A stretch of 64,000 nt of DNA, taken from Marsupella aquatica. Its lineage: Eukaryota; Plantae; Marchantiophyta. Both the position numbers and the translations under genes were made by a program. The notes under the pieces are model-generated. The model was not told the DNA's origin, did no database searches, and saw nothing but the letters and a program-made list of their open reading frames with translations. Below, piece after piece: positions 23,789 through 36,600 of the stretch. The DNA is taken from the NCBI GenBank assembly GCA_973895155.1, contig OZ316896.1, positions 18,030,754-18,094,753 on the forward strand, written 5' to 3'. Numbering within the stretch: the stretch's first letter is position 1; every line of letters begins with the position of its first letter.

Positions 23789-23945
23789 TAGGTTTGAAAT
23801 GGAGATGAGTGGACGAAACAAGGACATTATTTGTGGTAACAGTCCATGCAAAATTAATGTTCCCTAACTAGGTTTGAAATGGAGATGAGTAAACAAAAAG
23901 AGAAGGTTATTTGTGATAACAGGTCCATGCAAAATGTTCCCTAAT
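23789..23945. repeat. ~80-bp tandem duplication
   Basis: TAGGTTTGAAATGGAGATGAGT...TTATTTGTG.TAACAG.TCCATGCAAAAT..GTTCCCTAA twice. Confidence 0.75.
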
Positions 23946-24644
23946 TACTCTTACATATGTGCATGCAGTCCTTGTAACCTTCTATAGAGTCCATGCAACT
24001 TGTTAAAGTAGGTTTCTTATGCTCCCTTGTTGTTCTTGTGTCCATAGTAGCGGTTTCCTTGGTATTCCCTTGTCCATTGTTACCTTGGTAAACTTTATAG
24101 TAGGTGAAACTTTTCTTTCTACCCATAGTTATATAATTTTTTTGCCAATTAAATACAAATTTCAGACAATTCACTGGAAAACATTGATTCATCAATCATG
24201 ACCCATCCAAAGGTTCGTTTCTTTTACCCTTTTTTGTTTATTTGAAGTGTGGTTTTTCACTTTTCCATTGTTTTAACACTTGCAGGGTTTAACTGTTTTT
24301 CTTTGTCTTATCTCTAACACAAATAGTCATGTTTGGTGCTTCTTGCATAACTAATAGTTCTTATTTATTACCATTAATGCTGAGGTGGCTGCACCAACTT
24401 CCAGGGATTTTGGACCATAAGTAAATAATAAATAATATAAATGATAACAAAAAGCATGATCATCATTTTTACATACATTATATTTCACTCCACATAAATT
24501 TTGGTGGGGTCCTAGAGTCATGGTCTAGAGGTTTCTTTCTAGAAGTCTAAAGCCTCTAGGGCCCAACCAAAATTTAGAGGTTTAGAGAGATGGATTAATC
24601 TAGCAATTTTTTGCCACCATAAAATATGCTGCTCTGAAGTCTAC

Positions 24645-25025
24645 CTGCTCCAGCGGAAAGACCAATGACTTGATAATCGATACGAGCAGCCAACCTATTG
24701 GAGGAGAGAAAGACCAATTACTTGATAGTTGATACAAGCAGCCAACCTTTTCCACCAGAAACGACCAATTCCTTGATAGTTGATAAGGAGCAGGCAAACT
24801 TCTCGGCGAAGGTCCAATTACCTGATAGTTGATACGAGCAGCCCAACCTTTCCCAGCAGAAACGACCAATCACTTGATAGTTGATACGGGCAGCCAGCCT
24901 ATTCTAGGAGAAGGACCAATTACTTGACAGTTGATACGCACTTTTCCACCAGAACGACCAATGGTTGATAGTTGATACGAGCAGCCAACCTGCTCCAGCA
25001 GAGAAAGATAGTTGATAGCTGATAT
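24645..25025. repeat. degenerate ~50-55-bp minisatellite (~7 copies)
   Basis: recurring GACCAATT.CTTGATAGTTGATACGAGCAGCCAACCT(T/A)TTCC..AG unit. Confidence 0.85.
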
Positions 25026-27865
25026 GGTACCTTTTACGTCACTCGTCTTTTACTCTGGAGTCGTCAGCGTTCCAATTGAAAATTCCAATCAGGTGCGCAA
25101 TGGCACGTTTCAGCCAACGCAGTGATGTTGAGCGAAAAGATTGTGTGACAGTCAACAACGTCCCGTCAATCAATTCTAAAATGAAAACCTCGTCGAGTCT
25201 GTGCGTGGAGTCAGTGGATTTGATCTTGGCAGCACGGGACCTCGCAAGGACGCATGGTCGAGAGAAAAATTAAGGGCTCTGACTATCATTCTATGGCTGG
25301 AACCTGCGGGCCATTGACTCGACTAGTCGACGACAATAATTGAGGACGCTACAGTACTGGTCCTGCAGAGTAGATCGATGTAAGGCTGTAGGAAGTGGAG
25401 ATGTGGTCACCTTATGAAGCAGTGACATTGTCCGCTATCCACAGCTCATGCATTCATTCATTAGTAATTAATGGTTCTCAACGGTGAGCCTGGACGGCAG
25501 TCATTGTGAACCTCGTGCCTTTTTTTTTTGCCTTGAAAGATCATTTGGAATTCCATTCACAAAGACAACATACAAACAGGTGACCACAAGGGCGGCACTG
25601 CATGAGGACCTCGTGCCTTTCTGCAATGAATAAAGTGGGGAAAGTCAGGAATCCAGGATACAAAGTGTACAAAAGCCCCCTTTGGTACTGTAAAGTGGAG
25701 AGCCTTCGCTGATGAGCTTGACAGTCGTATCATTCCCACTCTGTCGCTGGTTCGGTGAGAGTTACACACGTACAGCACTTACATGCGAGCAGATGAGCGT
25801 GACACAAGAGGGGTGAGACCCAAGGTTGATGACCGAGACTCTTTTGCGCACCCAGCGGATGCCAATGTTCCATTCGCCCTGTGCGTCTTGGGTGATAATT
25901 TCAGCAATGGTTGTTTGTGCATTCCAGGTAAGAGGGAGAGCGAGCATGCGGTCATGGTACTGAGTCATTGAATTCTCTTCATCCACCGGACTCGACAGGG
26001 GCACCTGGCAACAAGGGGGCCGATCGACTGAGAGAAACGAACACGCAGGCAAGAGATCGAGATCTAGGTGCAAGATGCGGAAAGATCCTAGCGAAAATCA
26101 GTGAGAGCATATGCACAGAGTCCTGCAAGACAGTCTGTGCCTCTTGTTGACCCCGTTGCTGACAGATTCAATAGGGAGAACACATATGTACATTATGTGT
26201 ACTGCCCTTACACACTTGTTTCCCATCTCTAACCGACAAGCAAACATCTGACTTCTCCATCAGCCAGCCACTGGAGGCACGCAAGGTCCAGTCGTCACTG
26301 ACCGAATCGGGATAGACGACCATCATACTAGAGTTTCCTGACATAGCCGTGTGACTGTAGAGCACATTCATAATTAACCTATGAAAGTAAAACATTCAGA
26401 GGAAAACATATTTTAAAATACATCAGGTTTCAACAGAAAGTCAGTCCTGTAGTCTGGTGAGTTGCCAATGAAAGCAATATCAACAAACCAGATCATTCTC
26501 GACGTCAGGAATTATATCCTATTGCGATGCATCCTCAGTACAGAATATCATGATCGGACGCAGCGGCACAATTATGAATTGTCATGAAGTATTGCAGAAG
26601 AGCTTTAAAATAATGTTGTGTCCAAAGATGATACATATTTACACGGCCCAGTACTAGAAAAATTGCTTTCTTCAACCTGTGAGCTATCCATGCTGAACTG
26701 ACTCTCGATCGGTGCAATTTTATTTGAAACTAGCTACCAGATGTTTAGGGCCCAATATTATTGCACACTTTTGCATACTTGACAGTACTTCCAGAACCGC
26801 TATCCTTTGTGGAAATTTATGCCGAGAAAACTAGAACAATCAGTACCTATGCATAATTAAAAACACTTCTTTATACTAATATATCATTGACCAGCATTAA
26901 TTCAGATTGTTAGAGTAGGTTATGAAGGGCGTATCTATAGTGAGGAGCTCATATGCGTTGAAGCATCCTGTGATCACACTGACCATATTACCGTCCCCTT
27001 GATCCAGCAAGGCGGTGCGCGCTGCCACTTGATCGAGTTCTCTCAATCATCGAGAGTACTCTTCAATTTCGGTATTTCGTGCACAGTAATAAGATATAAA
27101 ACCGATTAACCAAACATGGCAAGACATGAGAATTCTAAACAGTTACACATCAGCTGTCGGACTGTCCAAGTCTAAAATCGTTTTCCGAGCTAAGTAATCG
27201 GGACAATCGTCCCCAATCCTTTTGGATTGCAGTTTTCGTCCTTGGAACCTGCTTGTATACATATATCCATCCCTCGCAGACATTTTCTGCGAAAATCGTC
27301 ACTAGATGCAAGTGCTGATTGATTGAGTAAGATCTGAGAACAAATCTCTATCATTTGCTAATTAAGGAAGCCTTAATTAGGAACTTGTGGAGAGCTCTGG
27401 CACCGCTCACTTTACAGACTACTGCTGTGGATATCCATCTGTCATGGACGGCCTCATATCTATATCTGTACAGTGACTTAACCGCAAATGTGCATAGCTA
27501 CATGCAGACTGCAGACTGATTCTCACAGAAAGCTCAGCTCAAAGAGCCTGTCGAGCAAGATATCTAATCGATAATGAGAATTGAATAAAATCAGCTACGA
27601 TTTACCGTTGAAACTTAACGACCCAAGATTTCAATTTCGGCAATGTCAAAACGGGATGCAAGGCAATCCGAAAACAAGTCGTTATTGGAGTCTTTCCCGA
27701 AAGGTCTAGAGTATGAATCGACTCCAATTCTCACGAACAACTGAACATAGAACATGGGAATCACTTGAACTCTCTGATACTTGCTCAACAGAATGGAAGG
27801 TGAGTACATTGGTAACCTCGTAGATAACATTCATACTGTCCAACGAATCCAAATGCACAACCGAG

Positions 27866-28417
27866 CTAAAGAATCCTGTTGCGAAGAAACGAGAGCGGCA
27901 CCATGTCGAGAAACGTTGACGATCGCCTCCACATATGGCATTGCTTATACAAAGTGGATCTCGGCTTCACACTGACCCGGGGATACAGTCTGAACACCAG
28001 CTGCCAACGCGGCTTCGATGGCTTCTCCGGTGATGCTTCAGTCGTGGTCTTGAGGCCCGGACTGTTCTGTGGGCTCGGACTCTGGTGCTGCACCACTCTC
28101 GCCGTCCTCCTCCTGATGAAGGTCTGCTTCTTCCACGACCGGGCGAGAGAAAGGCTGCAGCAGCAAATTGCTCTCTTGCGGACCGATTCAGTTCGTCCAG
28201 CACTAGGCCGCCGCGGCAACAGGTACCAATTCTGGCTCCGCCGTGCCCTCGAATCCGACAACTTGGCCGCAAAGGAGGTCGTCGTCGACCTAGACCGACC
28301 TTGAGGAGAGATTCCAACGCGCGAGGCCAATGCTCCACTCGGGGCTCCACTCCACAACTGGAGACAGGTCCGCGATGCAAGCGCTCTGTAAACCGTAATG
28401 CAAAACCTTCGAGACAT
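27866..28417 (-). CDS. hypothetical basic Ser/Arg-rich protein (183 aa, single exon)
   Basis: ATG-initiated ORF (MSRRFCITVYRALASR...) in a GC-elevated island; no recognisable domain; overlapping ORFs in other frames make the call uncertain. Confidence 0.35.
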   Translation of the reverse strand: MSRRFCITVYRALASRTCLQLWSGAPSGALASRVGISPQGRSRSTTTSFAAKLSDSRARRSQNWYLLPRRPSAGRTESVRKRAICCCSLSLARSWKKQTFIRRRTARVVQHQSPSPQNSPGLKTTTEASPEKPSKPRWQLVFRLYPRVSVKPRSTLYKQCHMWRRSSTFLDMVPLSFLRNRIL

Positions 28418-29140
28418 GTCCTGTGCGAGTGAATCGAATTTGCCAGCCACCTCCGAAGAATCCTTCAGCCTATGCGCTCTCGACCAACATCTTGAATTGA
28501 ATTGAGTTGAGTCGAGCTAGTCAATCGCAAGCTACATTCATGAGAGTCTCACCACCTGCTCCTGAAGCTATCGACAATTTTTGAATGTTTCCTCGTGCTG
28601 CAAAGCCTATCTAGTCGCACTCAAGTCTCAACGGAATTTCTCAATTGATCAATTCTTCGATCTGGAGGTTGGTCACCAGCATTCTTCAGAACATAAATCG
28701 TTCGACCACAGCCACTGAATGATGTGACTTGCGGTGGTGGGTACTGGGCCGTACTCGGTGGTGAAATTTCTTCCATGCAGCATTTATTGGAGGATGATCA
28801 GGCGACGACATTTCTCGCACCCGAGTTGAGCAGTTAAGCTCAGCGTTTCGAACAAGTCGCAGCATTCATGGTTCTGTGTAAAGAGAAATTCAACTTCACT
28901 TACGAAACTGACAGCTCGAGTAAAGGGGCATCACTACTACTGTAGTTCTCGTGTCGTCCAGTGGTGACAGGAAAAAGCACCACAACTCATCATTTATCAG
29001 GAAAGACGATTAGGAAGCCACTGTAATTTTGAAGGTTTTTTATTGTTTGCCATGTGAGTCAAATTTGAGATAACAGGCAAGTTTATGTGTTGCCTGACAA
29101 GTAAACTCATCATATTCGGGTCCCAAAGGTGTCATATGTA

Positions 29141-29293
29141 TAGGGTAATGCAGGTCTGGGTGCAGGGTTACTAGGCTATAACCCTGCCTCCTGAATATGA
29201 AAAGAAACTGACCGGCCGCAGCCGGGAAGCTTCTTTGAATATTCCGGGAGCAGGTTACAGCCTATAACCCCAGCCCTGCCCTGCATTAGCGTA
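29141..29293. mobile_element. small MITE-like relic (hAT-style TAGGG termini)
   Basis: TAGGGTAATGCAGG (29141-29154) vs reverse complement of CCTGCATTAGCGTA (29280-29293), 12/14; internal GCAGG.TTAC..(G/C)CTATAACCC repeats; no TSD seen. Confidence 0.4.
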
Positions 29294-29429
29294 CGTAACT
29301 CCTGCCCGAAAAGAGGTTACCGGCTCAACTTTTCAGGACACCAGATTATGACTATAGCAGGCCCCTGTAGAAATGGTTACACACCGGTAACCTCTTCTCC
29401 TGACAGGATTTACGATGCATATACCTCTT

Positions 29430-29751
29430 TATTCTCCGGCCGGTCCTGAATTCTCCCAAACCCCTTCCGGTCCCGGGCTCCCCTGGATTAGCAAGCCGGT
29501 CCTCCGATTCGGGCTTGGGGCCGGGTCTACCCCGCCTGGCCCAACCCCACCACCCGGCCCCAACCCCAACTCCCCTCATCTTGACTCCAGCCCCAACCTT
29601 GACTCCGCCCCCCACCCAGACCCTGGCCCCAACCCCAACTCCCCAACCTTGACTCTGGCCCTGACCCAGACCCCGGCCCGGACGCCGGGTGACCGGCGGT
29701 CAGGACAACAGGGGTGTCCGGAGTGATGGGTGACAGGTTTCAGACCCCTGA
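29430..29751 (-). mobile_element. GC-rich non-autonomous hAT-like end fragment with G-run (G4-prone) array
   Basis: CCGG-rich subterminal motifs, CCCCAACCCCAAC repeats, terminus reading CAGGGGTCTGAAAC on the minus strand. Confidence 0.45.
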
Positions 29752-29869
29752 TGCCCGCCAAGGCCAAACCGAGCATGTGAGGAATGTCACCTTGTGTGAA
29801 GGAGAAGATACTAAGAGAATTCACTATCCATTTTTCTTTAAATTATTGTTAATTTCTGAATGTGAGATC

Positions 29870-30545
29870 TGACAGATATACTTGATGGACCCAGAAAATG
29901 AAAAGTACAGTCTGATGGAATTTATTTTTTTATAATTCTTATTAATTTCTGACTATTAAATCTGATAGACGTATTGAAAGTGAAGCCCGGATAGACCCCT
30001 AGGTTTGTCAAAATGCTCCCGTGCGATTTTTGCGACTCAGATAGACTGCATTGTACTCACAATGTGACAGGGAATATTCTCAATTAGTCCATCCCAATTG
30101 TATGGTTTCTGTCTGTGGTCCATGGGAGCATCATTTTGTAGATATACTTGATGGACCCCATAAATTAAAAATATTATTTGATGGACCTGTGAGTGATCTA
30201 GACCCTTGATGGACTCTAAATCAATGTTCCCAAGCCGTCATGGGAACTCATGGGGTCCCATCAAGTAACTAGTTTCAAATGAGAGGTCCATCAAGTATAT
30301 CTCTGGTTAGTACTCCCTAACTTTAAGTTTGATAGTTTTTGACTCTAAGATATGAGAGATATTGCCGGTTTGTAACCAGAAAATATTATTTGATGGACCC
30401 CATGAGTGATCCAGACCATTAATGGACTTTAAATCAACCTACCCAAAAAAATCATGGGGACTCAGTCATGGGATCCATCAAATAACACTTTTCAATTTAG
30501 AGGTCTATCAAGAACATTGCTTGGTTAGATCTCCCTAGATTTAAG
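29870..30545. repeat. dispersed repeat family built of GATGGACCC / GGGTCCATCAAG inverted sub-motifs
   Basis: multiple TTGATGGACCC and GTCCATCAAG motifs in two ~230-bp units; related sequence at ~14815-14915 and ~50670-50820. Confidence 0.6.
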
Positions 30546-31499
30546 ACTAGCTGTTAGATTCTGGCTACTAGAGTTGTGGCTAGGTGGGAAACTGGACGAC
30601 AAAGTATTAAAACCCTAGACCTGAGTTTTCACACAAGACTTTGCAGAGAGGTGGAATCAAGTGAATTACTCCCATTAGAAAAACACTGAGCAGGTTACTA
30701 GCCGACTGAAGTAAAAGTTTCATACGGGAGTCTCAATCCTCATAACTGGATGTACCTCAACAATACTGTTCATTCCAGTTAGTGTAGTTACAATGATTCT
30801 GGTGAAGCAAGGGTTTGCTATTTTCATGAATGAGTGTTAGAGCATTCCCACCCGTCCTGTATTAAGACTGAAAAAAATCACTCATTTGAAGCAGTATTTT
30901 GTGCCCAATGGAAAGAAGGTGGGTGCCAGTATTCAGTACGAAAATCCTTGGGCCCTACCATGATTGAACTATTGTAGAAGAGCCACATTAATTCCCCTGT
31001 TACTGTTAGTAACACTAATTTCTCATTCACACTAAATAGCAATGAGGGGTGTACTAATTAAGGGTTACAGACAACAAAGTTAAGGGCTACCATCTACATA
31101 AATCTTTAACTTTTCAGCGTACAAAACGATCATTTAACATAACTGTAAGTCAATGTAGAGGCAAGACAGTGGAAAAGTTACTCAAAAGCCTTCACTTGTA
31201 ATGACGAAGCTTTGAGATAACCACTCAGTAAGTGTAATGAGGGCCCTGCGAAAGAAAGTTTCATTGACACCTTTGGCTTTTGTCCATGTGCATCTAGCGC
31301 CCCCCTTCCCGTCCCCCTCTCTTCTACCAACCTCATTAATTCTGCCCCTATCGGCAACTAACAAGTGTTTCTCAGACCCTATTTCTTATTGGTAGCATCC
31401 TTCTCAATCCCAGGTTTGAAGGGATGGGCAATTTGTCGAGTTGCCGGGCACATAAATTCATCATTTGCCCAGAGAAAATTGGCCCAAATGCCAGATATT

Positions 31500-31672
31500 C
31501 TTTGTTATTCCCCGGGCCGGACCGGGCCGTGATAGGCCGGGACAGGCTGGGGTCGGGGACAGGGTCGTGTCGGGGTGTGAGCCGGCCGGGCCGGGCTGGG
31601 CCGGGACGGGCCAGGAAGTCAAGATCGGGCGTCCGGGTGATGAATTGCCGGTTGACGGACTCTAAAACCCCT
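31500..31672 (-). mobile_element. GC-rich hAT-like end fragment
   Basis: dense GGGCCGG repeats ending in CTAAAACCCCTA (TAGGGGTTTTAG on the minus strand), same style as 29430-29751. Confidence 0.45.
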
Positions 31673-33567
31673 ATTTGCCAGTCAAGTCCAAACCCGGTCT
31701 CAATCTGCCTTGCCAAGCTATTCGTGGATAATTGTTTCTGGGACCGGTTCCATGGGCAGAAGCTAGGCGCATTGTCCCTGCCACCCCCTGTCACAAAGAG
31801 AGTGGCAACTAAGGTCCCTGGCCACATACTGGCTCCCCTGACCACTGATCTTACTGCCCGTGCAATAAGTGGTACCACTTCAGGCTCAATGAGACTCAAA
31901 CATACCCAAAATAAATGCTAGAGTGCAAGGGGAGGGCTTTTTGAGCCTCATCTGAACGAAGTTACTCTCTATACTTGCTGCCTCTTCATTCACTCCTTCA
32001 TCTTTGGAGATGCTTGTAGACCCTGCCTGGACATCCATGGAACCGTGCCCAATTTGGGGCCTAAAGCAGTACACTTCATAAGGACTACGCTCTAAAGGCA
32101 AGTCAGTCCATAATCCAGCATGCACAAGTCATTGCATAGCACCAGGTAGTTGTACATCAAAACGTTGCACCTGTATGAGTAGAAGGAACAACATTAGTGA
32201 TATAGAAAAATAATCTGGTTTATCATAGTATGAGGAATCAAGTGACCAATGGGAGTCCACAGTATACTGCATGCTGCTGCTGTTTTCTTATGATGTGCAA
32301 TTCTCGTCAGGCCATTGTTTAACACCCCCAAATTCCTTAGTCCTCCCCAGGCAGTTGCAAATACAATATCTTTACAGAAGTTTTTGAAACATCCCCAAGG
32401 TTTTTGTAACTTGCATAGTTAACCGTATCAGTACACCTCCAACGATGGGCACTCTCCTTCTCAATTTCTAGACCACTTTGTCCAATTGGCATCATGCATT
32501 TATTTTTGTTTGTTTTGTTGGACATTGCATTATTTAGATATGATCCAACAAATTAAACAAACTTTCAAAAACATAACCTTTATTTCCTTTAAAACTATAT
32601 AAATGAGTAGAGGTTTTAAGCTTTAAATATTAGAAGTTAAATACCTATTTCATAGTTTACATTTTTCTAAAACAAAACAATTATAACTAAATACCCTATT
32701 TCTTTTATAGATTTATCCAGGATAAATAACATTTTGACATCCTTACCTTTTTTAAATTTGGCTATTGTCACAAAACATTACCTATCTGGATTGCACAATG
32801 TTTAACAGTTTTTGGCAGTCCACCACCCCAGGGAGATAGTAGATTTTAATAATATCAGATTTTATGTAAAAGTAAATTAGAGATTAAATTTCCACGTTAG
32901 AAGCCCAAGAGTTCTCCTTTTCAGAGACAAACTGAATTACATGTTTTCCCATATATTTTTATAATTTAAATTTCAAAGTACAGTTTAGTATATTGACCCA
33001 TCTCAAAAGAATTTATATGACTGTATCTAGAATTCATGCAATGTCCGTGCTTTTGAACGTCTAGCACTGTGAAGCAATGGCCCTTCTGTTTACCTTTTGC
33101 TCACTAGTATCTCTATAATTGTAACTACATGCCTATAAAGCCATGGCTAGGGGTTTCACTCCGGCAATTGGCAGAGTTACTAGTATCCAAGTCCTTTTGG
33201 CTGAAATAATGCAAGCTTCAGAACCTTACAATGATCAAAACAATGAATAGAAAACTTTGAGTGGGTGGTAGTTGTATGACATTCAAAGCAACATTAACTG
33301 TAAAGAGAAGAGGGGCATTGCAGTTCTAAAATATATATTTTGAATGAAGATTTTCCTTGAGAGGAGTTGAAATGGATAATTATACTATAATAAAGGATCT
33401 TGCATTTTTTCCTTCATCCCAATATAAAAAAGCTCATGGGCAAGAAAGATCTAAAACCATTGGATTTATTGGGATGCTTTCCCTGACCATTGATGGAAGA
33501 AATAGACACCCCTGGTGCATATGTGCTTCCCCATGCAGACCCATAAATGCCCCAACCCGACTCCCTA

Positions 33568-33660
33568 TGGGCTGGCCGTCCTTGCGTTGTGGGCTGGCTA
33601 TCCTTGCGCTGTGGGCTGGCCATCCTTGCGCTGTGCAACACACGGGGATAGGGCTTGTAC
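33568..33660 (+). mobile_element. Helitron-like 3' end preceded by 22-bp x3 repeat
   Basis: GGGCTGGC..TCCTTGCG.TGT x3, then degenerate hairpin CTGTGCAACACACGG and GATAGGGCTTGT (decayed CTAG|T). Confidence 0.5.
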
Positions 33661-36600
33661 ATATATAGTACACCTACTTGGAAACTCATGCAATGGTGCA
33701 TCAGGGGCGCACCTTTCCAAGTCAGACTATATAGCTTTGAAAAACTGGAATTTGATATTTTGGTGGCAAAAAGAAATTGAGTTACTTTTGGATTTGAAAG
33801 CTTTTTGTGCGTCTTTCTACTTGTCTTTGTAAGTTTTAGACACTAAACCTGCACCACTCATGACTGGTTGAGATTTCAGGGTTAGATTTTTTTTATCCAA
33901 ACCGAGATCCAAACTTTCAGAAAAATTTGCACAAAAAAATGCACAGCCTTTAAGGATAGGTTTAGTCTCTTTCAAAAGATGTCTAGACGGTGACAATCAA
34001 ACTCCATGGGACGGTAAGTAGTTCTAAATTTATTGACTATCATGATCTAGTTAATATTTGAGATCTGAGAATGATCTTATTATTTTAAGTCTCTTCATTG
34101 TTGAAATTCATACTTTGTGCCTCTTTTTAGCTTAATCAGATCTAGGAATTGATGCGTTTTATATATGGGTCAGTAGGTAGGGGTGTATTCAAGTGGCCAT
34201 ATTCTGATTTTGCTAATGGAGAAGGGTTGGCAATTCCCTGTAGGACGTATTATAAAATCGGTCGTGCCTGGATGATGCGTCAATCAGAGCTTTTACTAGA
34301 AGATGAGAGTGATCTGGAGGCATAGTTGAATTTTATAAAAGTGCTCATAATTAAGTTGTTGGTCATACAAAGAGACTAGAACATATTATATTTCTTCTTG
34401 ATGACCAAATATGTCTCTCTGTTTACTTCAGACAGAGAAAATTGGGTTCCAAAAGTAAATAAAGTCAAACGGAAGACTTTCTCATTCAATTTCATCAAAC
34501 TTTTCTTGGCAATTTTCCTTGAGTGGAAAATGCAAATGAAGATTGTCCTCTTTAGATTAAGACAGGATTTTTATATTCTACTTCATTGTGCTGGAAATTC
34601 TGCATTCAACGTGTCCTCAAGATCACAACACACAAGGGGACAGAGCGAATAACATGTGCAAGAAAAGACGGGATTTGAGCGGGACCGTGCAAGAGAAGAA
34701 CTTTTCAATGGACAGCAGGGGAAAATCTGTTGATTTGTTTCCATGGTGGGTCACTGATGATCAAAATATGCTAGATGTAACTTTTGGTATAATCATTACA
34801 GTGGGAGGAGACTAGAGCGATGGTGACAAACTACCACAGACTCAGCGAAATGAAAGTGCTTTTAACACTGTCGTCATCTTGCCTAGAAACGTTTTTCTCC
34901 TCAGCGGGATTCTCAGCCCTTCCAGCACAGCACTCAAACAAAATTAGAAATTTTAGAAATTATACTAAACATTAGACGTCGTAGTTGTTTGCTCATCGTC
35001 CCAACTTTGTGCTGCTCTTAGTAACCAGCAGAGAGTAGCTACTTTAGGCGATCGGAAGAAAGAGTGGAAATAAAAAGGAGTTGCTGCAAAATTGGATGGT
35101 AAAAATCAAGGAGGCGTTTGGGCCCCTGTTTCAGTTGGTTTCCTATTATTGTGTTATAATTCGATGTCAACAAATGCTGCGTGCGGGACCAAAGAACTTG
35201 GCTGGTCAACCAGCTTTCCATGATCTTGGTGTTTCTTTATTCATGACCCACCAGCAAAACGTTCACTCAGAATGATGTCGATCCATGGTAATGTGCCAAT
35301 TGAGGCTCACAAGTGATCCATCTTTTGCAGAATTCTGAGGTTCGTATTTGATTTAAAAATTCCCTTTCTCCAGGTTTTTATAGTTCTATGGGTCTGCTTT
35401 ACTAATTAAACGATTCAGCTCGTATCTTTGATAATTCTCGGATGTGATCAACCTAATTCTAGTGAAACATCTATGATCTAGAAAAATCATTTCTGCTACT
35501 TGGGTGGGAGAGGTTTTCTTCAGTTTAGCTCAAAGAGTAGCATTTTGGACTAGCAAGCTCGACTGCATTCATGTCGTAGTGTAAAGAACACGCACTTCAA
35601 ATGGGTCCACAAGTATAAGCCCAGTGGCCTCATGTCAAAAAAATTGCAAGAGTCTATGTTTGTCAAAGGGTTGTGTAAACTACAAAAATTGTTGTACACC
35701 AAAGTGCGAAAAGGTACTATCAAGCACTCAGTGTTTACAAGAAAGCATCATGTCCAAGAGGTCCTTCTTTCTGGCATCCATCATCATCATGGTATAATAT
35801 GCGTACGCCTCAATGTGATTAAGCGTAACTGTCTTAAATTGGAGTGTCTGGTGAAATTTTCCAACCGACATCTAGTTCTCAGCCTGGGTCATTCTCATAC
35901 TAATTGACTTCCTCGGATTGGTCGACTTAAGTGCATGAAGTATTTCAAATTGTAATCCTGGGACCTGCGTGTCTTAGCGGTGGGTCGTCCTTGCTCGCGG
36001 ACTTCAAGAACGTCGATTGATAGTTGAACAGAATCTCATGCTCGGATTTAGAATCAATTGCGGGTTCGAGGAGTGGGGTCGATTACCGATTTTTGGGAAA
36101 GGCTGTTTCCCAAATTGGCAAGGACTGTATTCAATGGATGTAGTCGTTCATGAATCCTGCATTGTGAATTTGAGTGACTCTCGGAATCCTTCCTAGAGAA
36201 GCCATTTTTCTTCGACCTAGATTCGTTTAACAGTCTAGAAGTAAATCATTAACGAATTCAATCAAGATTCAAAGTGACCGACCTTTTCGATTGGGTCGAC
36301 GCCAGGTGATGTTGCTTTTCATTCAGGGAGGAAATTGCGACCTTACGTTTTATTGGCAACTTTGGTCGGTTTTGGTTCTCTCGTTTCACCACGTTTCAGG
36401 GAATACCCTTACTACTGCGTTGAGCGAGTCAGTACTCGGTTGTGACTCATGCATACAATAAGGTAGACAAGCAGAACAGGACCCAGAAACCGTCACACTT
36501 TATAGTAGCCACAGTTTGCCGTCAATTAATTACCAAACCTATTCGAACACAAAATCTGCAAAGCGTATTAAAAGAAGTGCATGTATTTTTCGGGGTTTTG

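Noticed and set aside
24645-25025. CRISPR-like array
   Set aside because: Units are degenerate along their whole length with no unique spacers, there are no cas genes, and the context is eukaryotic; it is a minisatellite.
29352-29824. Pro-rich / Gly-rich ORFs (extensin-like)
   Set aside because: Translation of a C-rich TE repeat; no signal peptide or SPPPP motifs.
31372-31921. 165-175 aa ORFs on both strands
   Set aside because: They are open because of GC-rich GGGCCGG repeats of a TE relic; no domain or splice support.
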